64,000 nucleotides of DNA from contig CAZWXQ010000002.1 in the NCBI GenBank assembly GCA_964637955.1, forward strand, positions 71,782 to 135,781, read 5' to 3'. The notes under the pieces were generated by a model. It saw only the letters and a program-made list of their open reading frames with translations. It was not told the DNA's origin and made no database searches. The stretch's first letter is position 1. Each line of letters starts with the position of its first letter. This document shows positions 56,232-64,000 of the stretch, piece by piece. The translations under genes and the position numbers were made by a program. The DNA comes from an uncultured Gammaproteobacteria bacterium. GTDB lineage: Bacteria; Patescibacteriota; Microgenomatia; Levybacterales; UBA12049.

Positions 56232-57884
56232 TTACCAATTAGTCCTGATGTGGTCCATGGCGTAAGAGAGGGAAGAGTGGACTTTTTTTCTAGGGTTAAA
56301 GATATTTTCAGGGTCGAAAATCTTTTTTGTTTCTTCAAATAACTCTACTATTTTTTTGCCATACATTACTTCTAGATAAGGGCTTCTGATTAGGCCATCG
56401 TTATGTTCTCCAGTTATCGAGCCATTGTATTTTGAAATGATTGCATAAACTTGGTCTGAAATTTCTGGAATAGCCTTTCTAACTTTTGGATCTTTGATAT
56501 CAACTAAGGGAATGATATGGAAATTTCCATCTCCCACATGACCTGCTACAGTGAATCTAAACTCAGGATGTTTTTTAAGAATATCTGTAACTTGAGGAAT
56601 TACTTCTTTTATATCTCTCGGATTTATTACAAAGTCATCTATAAATGGAGCTGTGTGTTTGTTTCTGATTTTTTTTCGCAGAAGATTAAAGCTTTCGCGT
56701 CTAACCAGCCAATACTTTTTCTCTGCATCATCAATTGCGATGTAGGTCTCAGGATGTAATGGTTTTAGTTTTTCACGAAGTTGGGCTATTTTTTTATTAT
56801 TTTCTTCTGGGTCATTGCTTGCAAAATCTACTTGGAGAATGAGCTTTGGAAGACGACCAAATCCCATTTCTATGAAAGCCGGTAAAAATGCAACTGTGGC
56901 TTGGAGCATTCCAGAAATTCCAAGTTGCTTTGCGAATTCAGGGAAATATTTTAGTGCAAGTTTAAGAGTGTTATCATCATAGCTTTCGAAACTCTCAGGC
57001 TTGAGAGGAAGCACTGCATCAATTATTTCTCCCAAGTGATCTAGGTTATGCATGTAAATAATTTCCATTTCATGATGTTTCATTACAGGTACTAGTTCTA
57101 GTTCTGCTTCAAGCATAAGGCCAAGCGTTCCTTGAGCTCCAGTCCAAAGCTTGGTCAAGTCAAAAGTTTTTGTTTCTGGATCCCAAACATTCCACAAGAA
57201 ATATCCTGCTGAGTTTTTGCTAACTGGAGGCTTAGCTTTGGCAATTATCTCCCAATTATCTTTAATGAGTTTTTCCATTTTTCTATAGATTTCGCCTTCA
57301 AAATCTTTTTGGTCTTTTTTCTTTTCAAGCTGTTCTTCGCTTAGAGGCTTTAGTTCATAAGTATTTCCGTCAGATAGAACTACTTTTATTTTCTTTACAA
57401 AGTTTTCTGTTTTTCCATACAGAAGGGATTTTTCTCCACCTGAGTTATTATTAACAATTCCTCCCATAGCACAAAGACCTCGAGAAGCAGGGTAGGAAGC
57501 AAAGATAAGATCTTTCTTTAGAGTTTCTACTTCAAAGTCCCTATAGAAAACTCCAGGTTCTGTCGAGACAACATTGTCTTTTATTTCTCCCATGTGGGTA
57601 AAATATTTTCCAAAAGCTACTGAAATACTGTCATTAATACTTCCGCCGCCCATGTCAGTTCCTGCAGCGCGTCCAGTAAGAGAAAGATCTTTGTGGTCTT
57701 TTTTATGTTTGTTTACGAATTTAACTAATTCTTCTATGTCTTTCGCGCCTTTTGGAAAAACAACGACTTGAGGTTTTACTTCAAATAGACTTGCGTCATG
57801 GGAATAGGTGGTAAGCGTTTCGTCTGTGGTATCTATATCTCCATCCAGAGATTTCTTTAATTCCTCGAGCAGATTTTGATCCAT
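56232..57884 (-). CDS. FAD-binding oxidoreductase (GlcD / D-lactate dehydrogenase family)
   Basis: YSHDAS, RAAGT..G, GG..NN.GG, GAQGTLG, GHVGDGNFH, GEHNDG, FDP..IFNP; start reassigned to 57884. Confidence 0.9.
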   Translation of the reverse strand: MDQNLLEELKKSLDGDIDTTDETLTTYSHDASLFEVKPQVVVFPKGAKDIEELVKFVNKHKKDHKDLSLTGRAAGTDMGGGSINDSISVAFGKYFTHMGEIKDNVVSTEPGVFYRDFEVETLKKDLIFASYPASRGLCAMGGIVNNNSGGEKSLLYGKTENFVKKIKVVLSDGNTYELKPLSEEQLEKKKDQKDFEGEIYRKMEKLIKDNWEIIAKAKPPVSKNSAGYFLWNVWDPETKTFDLTKLWTGAQGTLGLMLEAELELVPVMKHHEMEIIYMHNLDHLGEIIDAVLPLKPESFESYDDNTLKLALKYFPEFAKQLGISGMLQATVAFLPAFIEMGFGRLPKLILQVDFASNDPEENNKKIAQLREKLKPLHPETYIAIDDAEKKYWLVRRESFNLLRKKIRNKHTAPFIDDFVINPRDIKEVIPQVTDILKKHPEFRFTVAGHVGDGNFHIIPLVDIKDPKVRKAIPEISDQVYAIISKYNGSITGEHNDGLIRSPYLEVMYGKKIVELFEETKKIFDPENIFNPRKKVHSSLSYAMDHIRTNW

Positions 57885-57903
57885 ATAAACATTGTAACCG
57901 GAA

Positions 57904-58896
57904 TTACGATTTTCTCGCAATGACCTTTTTGACAGCGTCCTTGATCGCGTCTTTACCCATGTTATATTTTTCAAGAAGCTCCAAAGTAGTTCCTGACTCT
58001 GCAAAAGTATTTTGGAGTCCTATAAATTCCATAGGAAGGGGAGTAGTTTTAGCAAGTTCTTCGGAGATAGCGCTCCCAAGACCACCAGCTACTTGATGAT
58101 CTTCGACTGTTACAACGGCTTTTGAATCTTTGGTGAAATTTCTGATTCCTTCAGAATCCAGAGGTTTTATCGTAGGAGTATTCACGACAATTACATTTAT
58201 CCCTTCGTTTTCAAGATCTTTTGAAGCGAGTAGAGCATAATAAGTCATGTAGCCCATTGAGAAAATTGTCGCCTGGGGATTTTCACTTACCCAAAAATCA
58301 TACATTTTTCCAACCTCAAACGGAGTTTCATTGGTAGTTATAATAGGAGACTTATCTCTGGTGTATCGAAGGTAAACTGGGCCATCGATCCCGGCTGAAG
58401 CTATCGTTGCTTTTTTAGATTCAACGCTGTCGCATGGCACCATAATTTGAATTATTGGCCAACAGCGGGTGATAGCGATGTCTTCTGTGGCTTGATGAGT
58501 AGCCCCGTCTGGGCCTGTCATAACTCCTGCATGATGGCCTGCGATTTTTACATTTGCATTATTATAAACACAAGTAGTTCTGATAGTTTCCCAGTTTTTT
58601 CCGGGAGAAAATGTAGCATAGGAGGAGATAAATGCTATTTTTCCAGTTACAGCTAAGCCTGCAGCAACTGCTGCCATGTTTTGTTCGCCAATTCCTATCT
58701 CAAAAAACCTTTCAGGATATTTTTCTGCAAATTTATGAGCGTGTGTAGACTCGGTAAGATCTGCAGAAAGAGCTACTACGTTTGGATTTGTCTCTCCCAG
58801 CTCCAGAAGTCCACTTCCATATCCTGCACGAGTTGGTGAGGCCTCAACGTCTTCATCAAATATTTTTTCGTTAAGTTTGAGATTAGGATTTAACAT
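57904..58896 (-). CDS. Transketolase, C-terminal subunit
   Basis: ADL..ST, GIGEQNM, GPDGATHQATED, GPVYLR, EDH..GGLG. Confidence 0.93.
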   Translation of the reverse strand: MLNPNLKLNEKIFDEDVEASPTRAGYGSGLLELGETNPNVVALSADLTESTHAHKFAEKYPERFFEIGIGEQNMAAVAAGLAVTGKIAFISSYATFSPGKNWETIRTTCVYNNANVKIAGHHAGVMTGPDGATHQATEDIAITRCWPIIQIMVPCDSVESKKATIASAGIDGPVYLRYTRDKSPIITTNETPFEVGKMYDFWVSENPQATIFSMGYMTYYALLASKDLENEGINVIVVNTPTIKPLDSEGIRNFTKDSKAVVTVEDHQVAGGLGSAISEELAKTTPLPMEFIGLQNTFAESGTTLELLEKYNMGKDAIKDAVKKVIARKS

Positions 58897-58978
58897 AGTT
58901 AATATTTACCAATTATCATTTATCATGCTCGTTTGATCAATTCTAAATGATAATTAATATATGGTAAATGATAAATTT

Positions 58979-59869
58979 TCATGCCTGGTGCTCACTTTCT
59001 ATTTTTCCTTGAAGTGTTCGAAGCTCATCCATGGCGACTTTTGCTTGCTGTCCTTTTGGCGGCGCACCCTCGACATCTGAAATGTCAGGTGGCATACCAT
59101 GCCAATGGAAATCATTTTCCATAAAATCTACTCCTTTTCCTGGGATAGTATGAGCTATTATTACTGTCGGTTTTTCGTAAACTGCCTTTGCTTGTCCTAT
59201 GCTATCTATAAACGCTCTTATGTTATTTCCATCGACATCTATTGCATGCCAATTAAACGCTTCAAACTTATTTTTTAATGGTTCAAGAGGTAAAACATCT
59301 TCCGTAAATCCGTCTATCTGAATATTGTTGCGATCAATTACTACAGTTAAGTTGTTGAGTTTAATTTTTCCAGCAAACATAACAGCTTCCCAAATATTTC
59401 CTTCATCCAGTTCACCATCTCCAGTTACGACATAGGTTCTGTATTCCTTTTTGTCAATTTTCCCAGCAAGAGCAATTCCTATTCCTTGAGAAAGGCCTTC
59501 ACCAAGAGGGCCTGATGTAGTTTCCAATCCTGGAAGAGTTCCTCTATGAGGATGACCTTGAAGTCTGGAGTTGATCTTTCTTAAAGTTTGTAATTCTTCC
59601 TTTGGAAAATATCCTGCCTGAGCCATAGAGACGTAGCGAATAGGGCAGATGTGGCCATTTGATAAAACTAGTCTGTCGCGATCAGCCCAGTCAGGATCTT
59701 CTGGCTTATGGTTTAGTATATGAAAATAAAATGCAGTAAAAATATCTGCCATACCAAGAGGGCCTGCAGAATGACCCGATTTAGCTTCAAGAAGCATATT
59801 AATAAGAAGCTCTCTTGCTTCGACTGCTTTTTCTTCAAGTTGGAAAAGTTTTTCTTCGTGAAGATCCAT
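58979..59869 (-). CDS. Transketolase, N-terminal subunit
   Basis: SGH, RDRLVLSNGH, LQGHP, GDGELDEG..WEA..N (ThDP motif), GKG. Confidence 0.93.
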   Translation of the reverse strand: MDLHEEKLFQLEEKAVEARELLINMLLEAKSGHSAGPLGMADIFTAFYFHILNHKPEDPDWADRDRLVLSNGHICPIRYVSMAQAGYFPKEELQTLRKINSRLQGHPHRGTLPGLETTSGPLGEGLSQGIGIALAGKIDKKEYRTYVVTGDGELDEGNIWEAVMFAGKIKLNNLTVVIDRNNIQIDGFTEDVLPLEPLKNKFEAFNWHAIDVDGNNIRAFIDSIGQAKAVYEKPTVIIAHTIPGKGVDFMENDFHWHGMPPDISDVEGAPPKGQQAKVAMDELRTLQGKIESEHQA

Positions 59870-59870
59870 G

Positions 59871-61145
59871 TTAATTTTTTATAACTATATATAAATCAGC
59901 AACATTTGATTCAAGTTTTCCTGTGAGAATTCCATCCCCAGTAGTTTGAAAAAAACCATAGCTATTATCATCAGACAAATATTCGTTAATATCCATATTT
60001 TTCTCCTGAATTTTGTTTTTAGTCTCTTTATCCACTAAAGCACCAGCGAGTTCATAAAAATCCCAACCATCTGAGTCGAATGATACAAGCAGGGCATTGT
60101 CATCAATGTGAGGAAGAGCGCAAATCGCTAAAGCTTGATTTCGTCCACCTTTGCCATTTCCAGTAATTTTAATTGTACTTTCTCCGCCTGCAAGAAGAAC
60201 TTCGCCAGGTTGGCATTCGTTAATTAGCTTTTTTCCAAGCTCTCTAGCATCTCCTTGAAGATGATCCGTAAATACTCTTGCTGTTTTTCCAAGTTCCTGC
60301 GCTTTTTTCTCCATCGCATTAATTGCAGTTAAATTACTAAGCATCAAGACGTTGTGGACTTTTTCAAAATAAATATCTTCTCGAGGTGTTTCTTCCATGT
60401 CGCTATCCGATGCGTCTTGTGTGAGATTATATTTTCTTAGAATCTCTTTGGCTTCATCTAGACTATGATTATCTTTTGTCGTTGGACCTGAAGCGATTGT
60501 AGCTAAGTCATTTCCTGGAACATCTGAAAATATCAAGCTAGCTACGGTCGCAGGATGAAGATGTTTAGCCAGTTTTCCGCCTTTAACTTTACTAACGTGT
60601 TTGCGAACGATATTCATTTCTGTGATATCAGAACCACTTTTAAGCATGTCTTTAAAAAGTTTAACTAAATTATCAAAACTTAAATTGATCGGATTTTCAA
60701 ACATAGCAGATCCGCCACCGCAAATTACTACTAGAACCAAATCTTTGTCCGTTAAATTGGAGGTCGCCTCAAGAACTTTTTTTGTGTAATCGATGTTAAT
60801 TTGGGAGGGGAGAGGATGTGTGCCTTTCGTGTACTGTACCTTTGAAAAATCTGGGCTTTCTACTACATCTATATCAAATCCTTGAGTAAGCTTTTCCCCA
60901 AGATGCTCTTCGATGATTTTGCACATTTGCGCAGATCCTTTACCAAGTCCTATCAGATGAACGCGTTCGAATTGGTTAAGGTCAAAAGCTTGATCATTTA
61001 GCCTTAGAATATTATTTTCAAAAGAGAAATTAGTTTTAAAGATTTCGTCTGGAGTGATAGAAGCAAATGCAGCTTCTACTAGCTCAAGTGCTACTTTTCT
61101 ATTATCATTTAAATTTAGTGAATCGTAATTTTTAATTACACCCAT
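59871..61145 (-). CDS. Glycerate 2-kinase (DUF4147/MOFRL, TtuD/GckA family)
   Basis: GKGS, HPLP, GGGSA, VRKH.S.VKGG, SDVPG.D..IASGPT, GGES, G.GGRNQ, DG.D, NV.D. Confidence 0.9.
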   Translation of the reverse strand: MGVIKNYDSLNLNDNRKVALELVEAAFASITPDEIFKTNFSFENNILRLNDQAFDLNQFERVHLIGLGKGSAQMCKIIEEHLGEKLTQGFDIDVVESPDFSKVQYTKGTHPLPSQINIDYTKKVLEATSNLTDKDLVLVVICGGGSAMFENPINLSFDNLVKLFKDMLKSGSDITEMNIVRKHVSKVKGGKLAKHLHPATVASLIFSDVPGNDLATIASGPTTKDNHSLDEAKEILRKYNLTQDASDSDMEETPREDIYFEKVHNVLMLSNLTAINAMEKKAQELGKTARVFTDHLQGDARELGKKLINECQPGEVLLAGGESTIKITGNGKGGRNQALAICALPHIDDNALLVSFDSDGWDFYELAGALVDKETKNKIQEKNMDINEYLSDDNSYGFFQTTGDGILTGKLESNVADLYIVIKN

Positions 61146-61255
61146 ATTAGGTTCAGCATAACACAGAAATTAAGATGTGTAAAATTTTTTAAAGATGAGC
61201 GAAGTCGAATAATTGGATTTGAAATCTTCGTGGCTAAAAGAGTATAATTCCGCCT

Positions 61256-63325
61256 ATGGAAATAGAAGATGGAGCTTTTCAGGGTGAACCAGACCAACCA
61301 GTAGATATTGGAAATATCGCTGACATGCAGACACTTTTGCAGCAGTTACATCTAGCTTTAGAAAGTTCTACTCTTGAGAGTGAAGGACAAAGGGACTGGG
61401 CATTAGGACTTAAGAATTTTTATCTACAAATGAATGACCCTTCGATTGAAGCGCTTGAGGAAGTAGCGAGTTCTTTCATAACAATGCCTTTTGACGAAAT
61501 TAAAGAATTCCAATCAGCAGATTACATTGCTCTTGATAATCCTCAAAGATACTTTAATAGTCGTGGAGTTGAACTAGAAGATGAAGAAAGAGTGGTATCT
61601 GGAATACTTAATTCAAGCCCATTAATTCAGCGTCTTGCGAGAAGATTTAATCGTGAGACTGGAGGAATTGAATGGGATGAGGATTTAGATCCAAAAACTT
61701 TAGCGCAGGAGACGCATTTAGATATTCAAATTTCAAGAAGCGAAAGAGAAATAAAAAAAGTGGCTGATGCTGTTCGACAGGAGACTGATCTGTCGAAGCG
61801 ACACGAAAAAGCTTTAGTTTTAAAGCAGCAGATTATGGATCACGTGACTGGGTTTCCATATAAGTTTTATAAAGGGGATGACCCAAGACCTATTGAACCA
61901 ACATGGGATAATTTTTTGATTGGATCAAGGTCATTATTTTTCAAGGTTAATAATGGTGGGGGTAGTTTTCATTTTCAAGAAGAAGTGGATGTAGCAGAGG
62001 CATCAATTTTAAGATATTCATTTGAAAGAAGACTTGAGGATTTACCAAAAAGAGATAGGCAAAGCTTTGATGAATTACGTTTACAGTTTGGTGCAAAAGG
62101 CGCAAATTTAATAATACTTTCGGAGATGGTTAATGGCATCAACGACTTAAGAAGGGTAAATATTTTTGATTCAACGAGAATCAAAGTTCCAGAATTTCAA
62201 ACAGTTCCCGTAGACGCTTACAGAGCATGGAATCAAGGAAAACTTGATGATAGTCAGCTTAGATCATATTTTGAGTGGGCAAATAATCTGAAGACTGGAG
62301 ATGAATGGAGTTCTAAAAGGAGCCCAGCGGATTACATAGTAAGGAGTAGCGCTGTTTTTTCAGAAGATGGTGAAAATGTTACAGGTGCAGGAATTTATGA
62401 TTCAGTACAAGTTCCAGCAGGAGCCACTTTTCAGGAATTTAAAGAAGCCGTAGAAAGGGTTTATAGGTCTACGGAATCTGATGAGGCAAAAATGTATAGA
62501 CAGCAGAACGGAATTGAGGGGGAAGAAATGGGGTTAGTTATCCAAAGATTTATTCATCCTGAGTATATTATACCTTCGGGAGAACAAGTCGGATATATTA
62601 ATTCAAGGCTTACTGGCGTTCCTGGTCTAATGGAGGTCGTAACGAGAAATAGCAGAAATTTTGTGAAAAGACAGGAGCTCGATTTTGTTCTTGCGATGGA
62701 AGCTAATTTAGAAAAAAGTTCTGTTCGAAGTGCTCAGCAGTTTCTTCCTGATATAAATAAGATAGTACCAGACCTGCCAATCAAGCTTGCTCAGTTAGTA
62801 TATGTTATCGAAAGAATATGGGGCAGTGATGTTCAGGCTGAATTTGTGGCAAACTGGGGTTCAATAAATTTTGTCCAGGTTAGAGATTTGCCCAAAGCAG
62901 ACTCAGGTCAAGAAATAGAAGTGCAGTTTCCAGATGAAGATCCGATTCATTCAGGAGCATCTATTGGCGTTGGCGATGTGGAGCTCGAAGTTTTAGACAA
63001 CGATGTGATTAATGCTGATAAAAATGGAATTGTGATTTTTGAAGGCAATAGAGAGTGGACGCTTAGGCCTAAGCCTTATTCATTTCCTAGAGAAGGTGTC
63101 GTCGTCGTTGCAAATGAAGACGGATTAAACGGGCATATTCAAACTCTTGCAGCAGAAAGGGGACTTATTTGCGTATTTCCTGATAGATCAGATGAAAGGG
63201 GAGCTTGGCTTAGGTACGATGATTTACTAAAGCTGCGAAGAGTCAGGGTAGTCTCAAATGGAATTGAAGCAAGATTGTATCCTGTAAATGGTGAAAAAGA
63301 TCCTTTAAAGCTAGGTTCAAATTAG
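61256..63325 (+). CDS. PEP-synthase/PPDK N-terminal (ATP-grasp) protein with a His-swivel-like C-terminus
   Basis: GAKGANL, VRSSA..ED...AGIYDS, MGLVIQ, EF, QVR; NGHIQTLAAERG resembles SHAAI.ARE.G. Confidence 0.7.
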   Translation: MEIEDGAFQGEPDQPVDIGNIADMQTLLQQLHLALESSTLESEGQRDWALGLKNFYLQMNDPSIEALEEVASSFITMPFDEIKEFQSADYIALDNPQRYFNSRGVELEDEERVVSGILNSSPLIQRLARRFNRETGGIEWDEDLDPKTLAQETHLDIQISRSEREIKKVADAVRQETDLSKRHEKALVLKQQIMDHVTGFPYKFYKGDDPRPIEPTWDNFLIGSRSLFFKVNNGGGSFHFQEEVDVAEASILRYSFERRLEDLPKRDRQSFDELRLQFGAKGANLIILSEMVNGINDLRRVNIFDSTRIKVPEFQTVPVDAYRAWNQGKLDDSQLRSYFEWANNLKTGDEWSSKRSPADYIVRSSAVFSEDGENVTGAGIYDSVQVPAGATFQEFKEAVERVYRSTESDEAKMYRQQNGIEGEEMGLVIQRFIHPEYIIPSGEQVGYINSRLTGVPGLMEVVTRNSRNFVKRQELDFVLAMEANLEKSSVRSAQQFLPDINKIVPDLPIKLAQLVYVIERIWGSDVQAEFVANWGSINFVQVRDLPKADSGQEIEVQFPDEDPIHSGASIGVGDVELEVLDNDVINADKNGIVIFEGNREWTLRPKPYSFPREGVVVVANEDGLNGHIQTLAAERGLICVFPDRSDERGAWLRYDDLLKLRRVRVVSNGIEARLYPVNGEKDPLKLGSN

Positions 63326-63338
63326 TTTAGTAGACCAC

Positions 63339-63998
63339 TCAATTTTTTTCCACAGCTCCGATAAGAATGTCTATATTTGAAATATTTGATTTGTCGTCTT
63401 CATATTCTTTTGCTTTTTGTAGAACCACTATCCCTTTTTCAGTTTCACCAATTTCTAAAAATCTTTTTCCAATATCTTGAAGGTATTTCGATCTGTTTGA
63501 AAAATCTGAGATTTGCATCGCTACTGCTACTGCTTCATCTAATAATTCGTCGTGTTTAATTAGTTTTAATGTTTGGAACTGAAAGCCCCAGTCATCTGGA
63601 CGAGTATGTTCTTCAGATTCTTTAACTTTATTTTCAAAAGCTAATTTTCTAAGTTCTCTAGCTTTTTCTTTTTCACCGACTCTGTAAAGTGCGTCGGCAA
63701 GAATTGCAAAATTATTAAAATTTATTTTTTCAGAAACATTTTTTAATCTGACATATTCTAGAAGCAATTCTTCACGGCAATCTAGGTTTGCAAGTACTTC
63801 AACTGCTCTGGCATAATTTGCTTCAGAAAAATGTTGCCCTATTTCCATGGTTTTAGGTAGTTTGGCAGCAATACTTTTTCCATTCTGTTTATCGCCGTTT
63901 ATTTCTATCCTTGCTAAAAATATTCCAGTTGAAGCAGCTTCATCTGGGAAATATTTTGCAGAGTTTAGGTTTACGAAGTCACTAAGTGTACTTAAGAG
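63339..63998 (-). CDS. Helical-repeat (TPR-like) hypothetical protein, 5' end outside the window
   Basis: The frame of the 63339-63848 ORF stays open to the window end; LADALYRVGEKEKA and GETEKG..LQKA helical repeats. Confidence 0.65.
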   Translation of the reverse strand, partial: LLSTLSDFVNLNSAKYFPDEAASTGIFLARIEINGDKQNGKSIAAKLPKTMEIGQHFSEANYARAVEVLANLDCREELLLEYVRLKNVSEKINFNNFAILADALYRVGEKEKARELRKLAFENKVKESEEHTRPDDWGFQFQTLKLIKHDELLDEAVAVAMQISDFSNRSKYLQDIGKRFLEIGETEKGIVVLQKAKEYEDDKSNISNIDILIGAVEKN

Positions 63999-64000
63999 TT

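Noticed and set aside
985-63559. Numerous 60-110 aa ORFs antisense or out of frame within long genes (e.g. 2964-3164, 7898-8221, 28468-28776, 35906-36235)
   Set aside because: Shadow ORFs of well-supported genes; no motifs or start signals
1-64000. CRISPR array, tRNA/rRNA, IS/integrase, alternative genetic code
   Set aside because: No regularly spaced repeats, cloverleafs or transposase/integrase motifs seen; conserved genes end at TGA with ATGA overlaps, so recoding of TGA is not supported

Overview
AT-rich, densely coding bacterial DNA in the standard genetic code (TGA acts as stop). Gene content suggests a Patescibacteria/CPR organism, probably Microgenomates-like; this is inference from small membrane-anchored hypotheticals, split transketolase, DUF2207, a PTPS-like membrane protein, a cyo operon, an ApbE/RnfD-FNR module and mostly leaderless genes. 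I saw no rRNA, tRNA, CRISPR array or transposase. Recognisable modules are: a partial purine cluster (purSL-purQ-purN-HAD-AAA-HAD-purM...purD); a duplicated flavinylation-based electron-transfer operon; a cyoABCDE quinol oxidase; a glycerate kinase-transketolase-FAD oxidoreductase operon; and a GT-kinase-GT operon. The best candidate for an undescribed system is 4002-11704. There a 2256-aa protein (three N-terminal repeats, SNF2-type ATPase, non-DNA-type SAM methyltransferase) is translationally coupled to a degenerate 3-methyladenine-glycosylase-like gene and lies divergent from a MazG-like pyrophosphatase. Other highlights are a thrice-repeated structured RNA leader abutting a GGGGGTGA ribosome-binding site, a stand-alone cyanophycin-synthetase N-terminal peptidase domain, a CyoB lacking the K-channel lysine, a zero-gap divergent gene pair (CAT|ATG), and a class of Arg/Glu-rich enzymes sharing short 'EG..R/K.E' terminal tails. 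All family calls come from motif recognition by eye; no searches were run.
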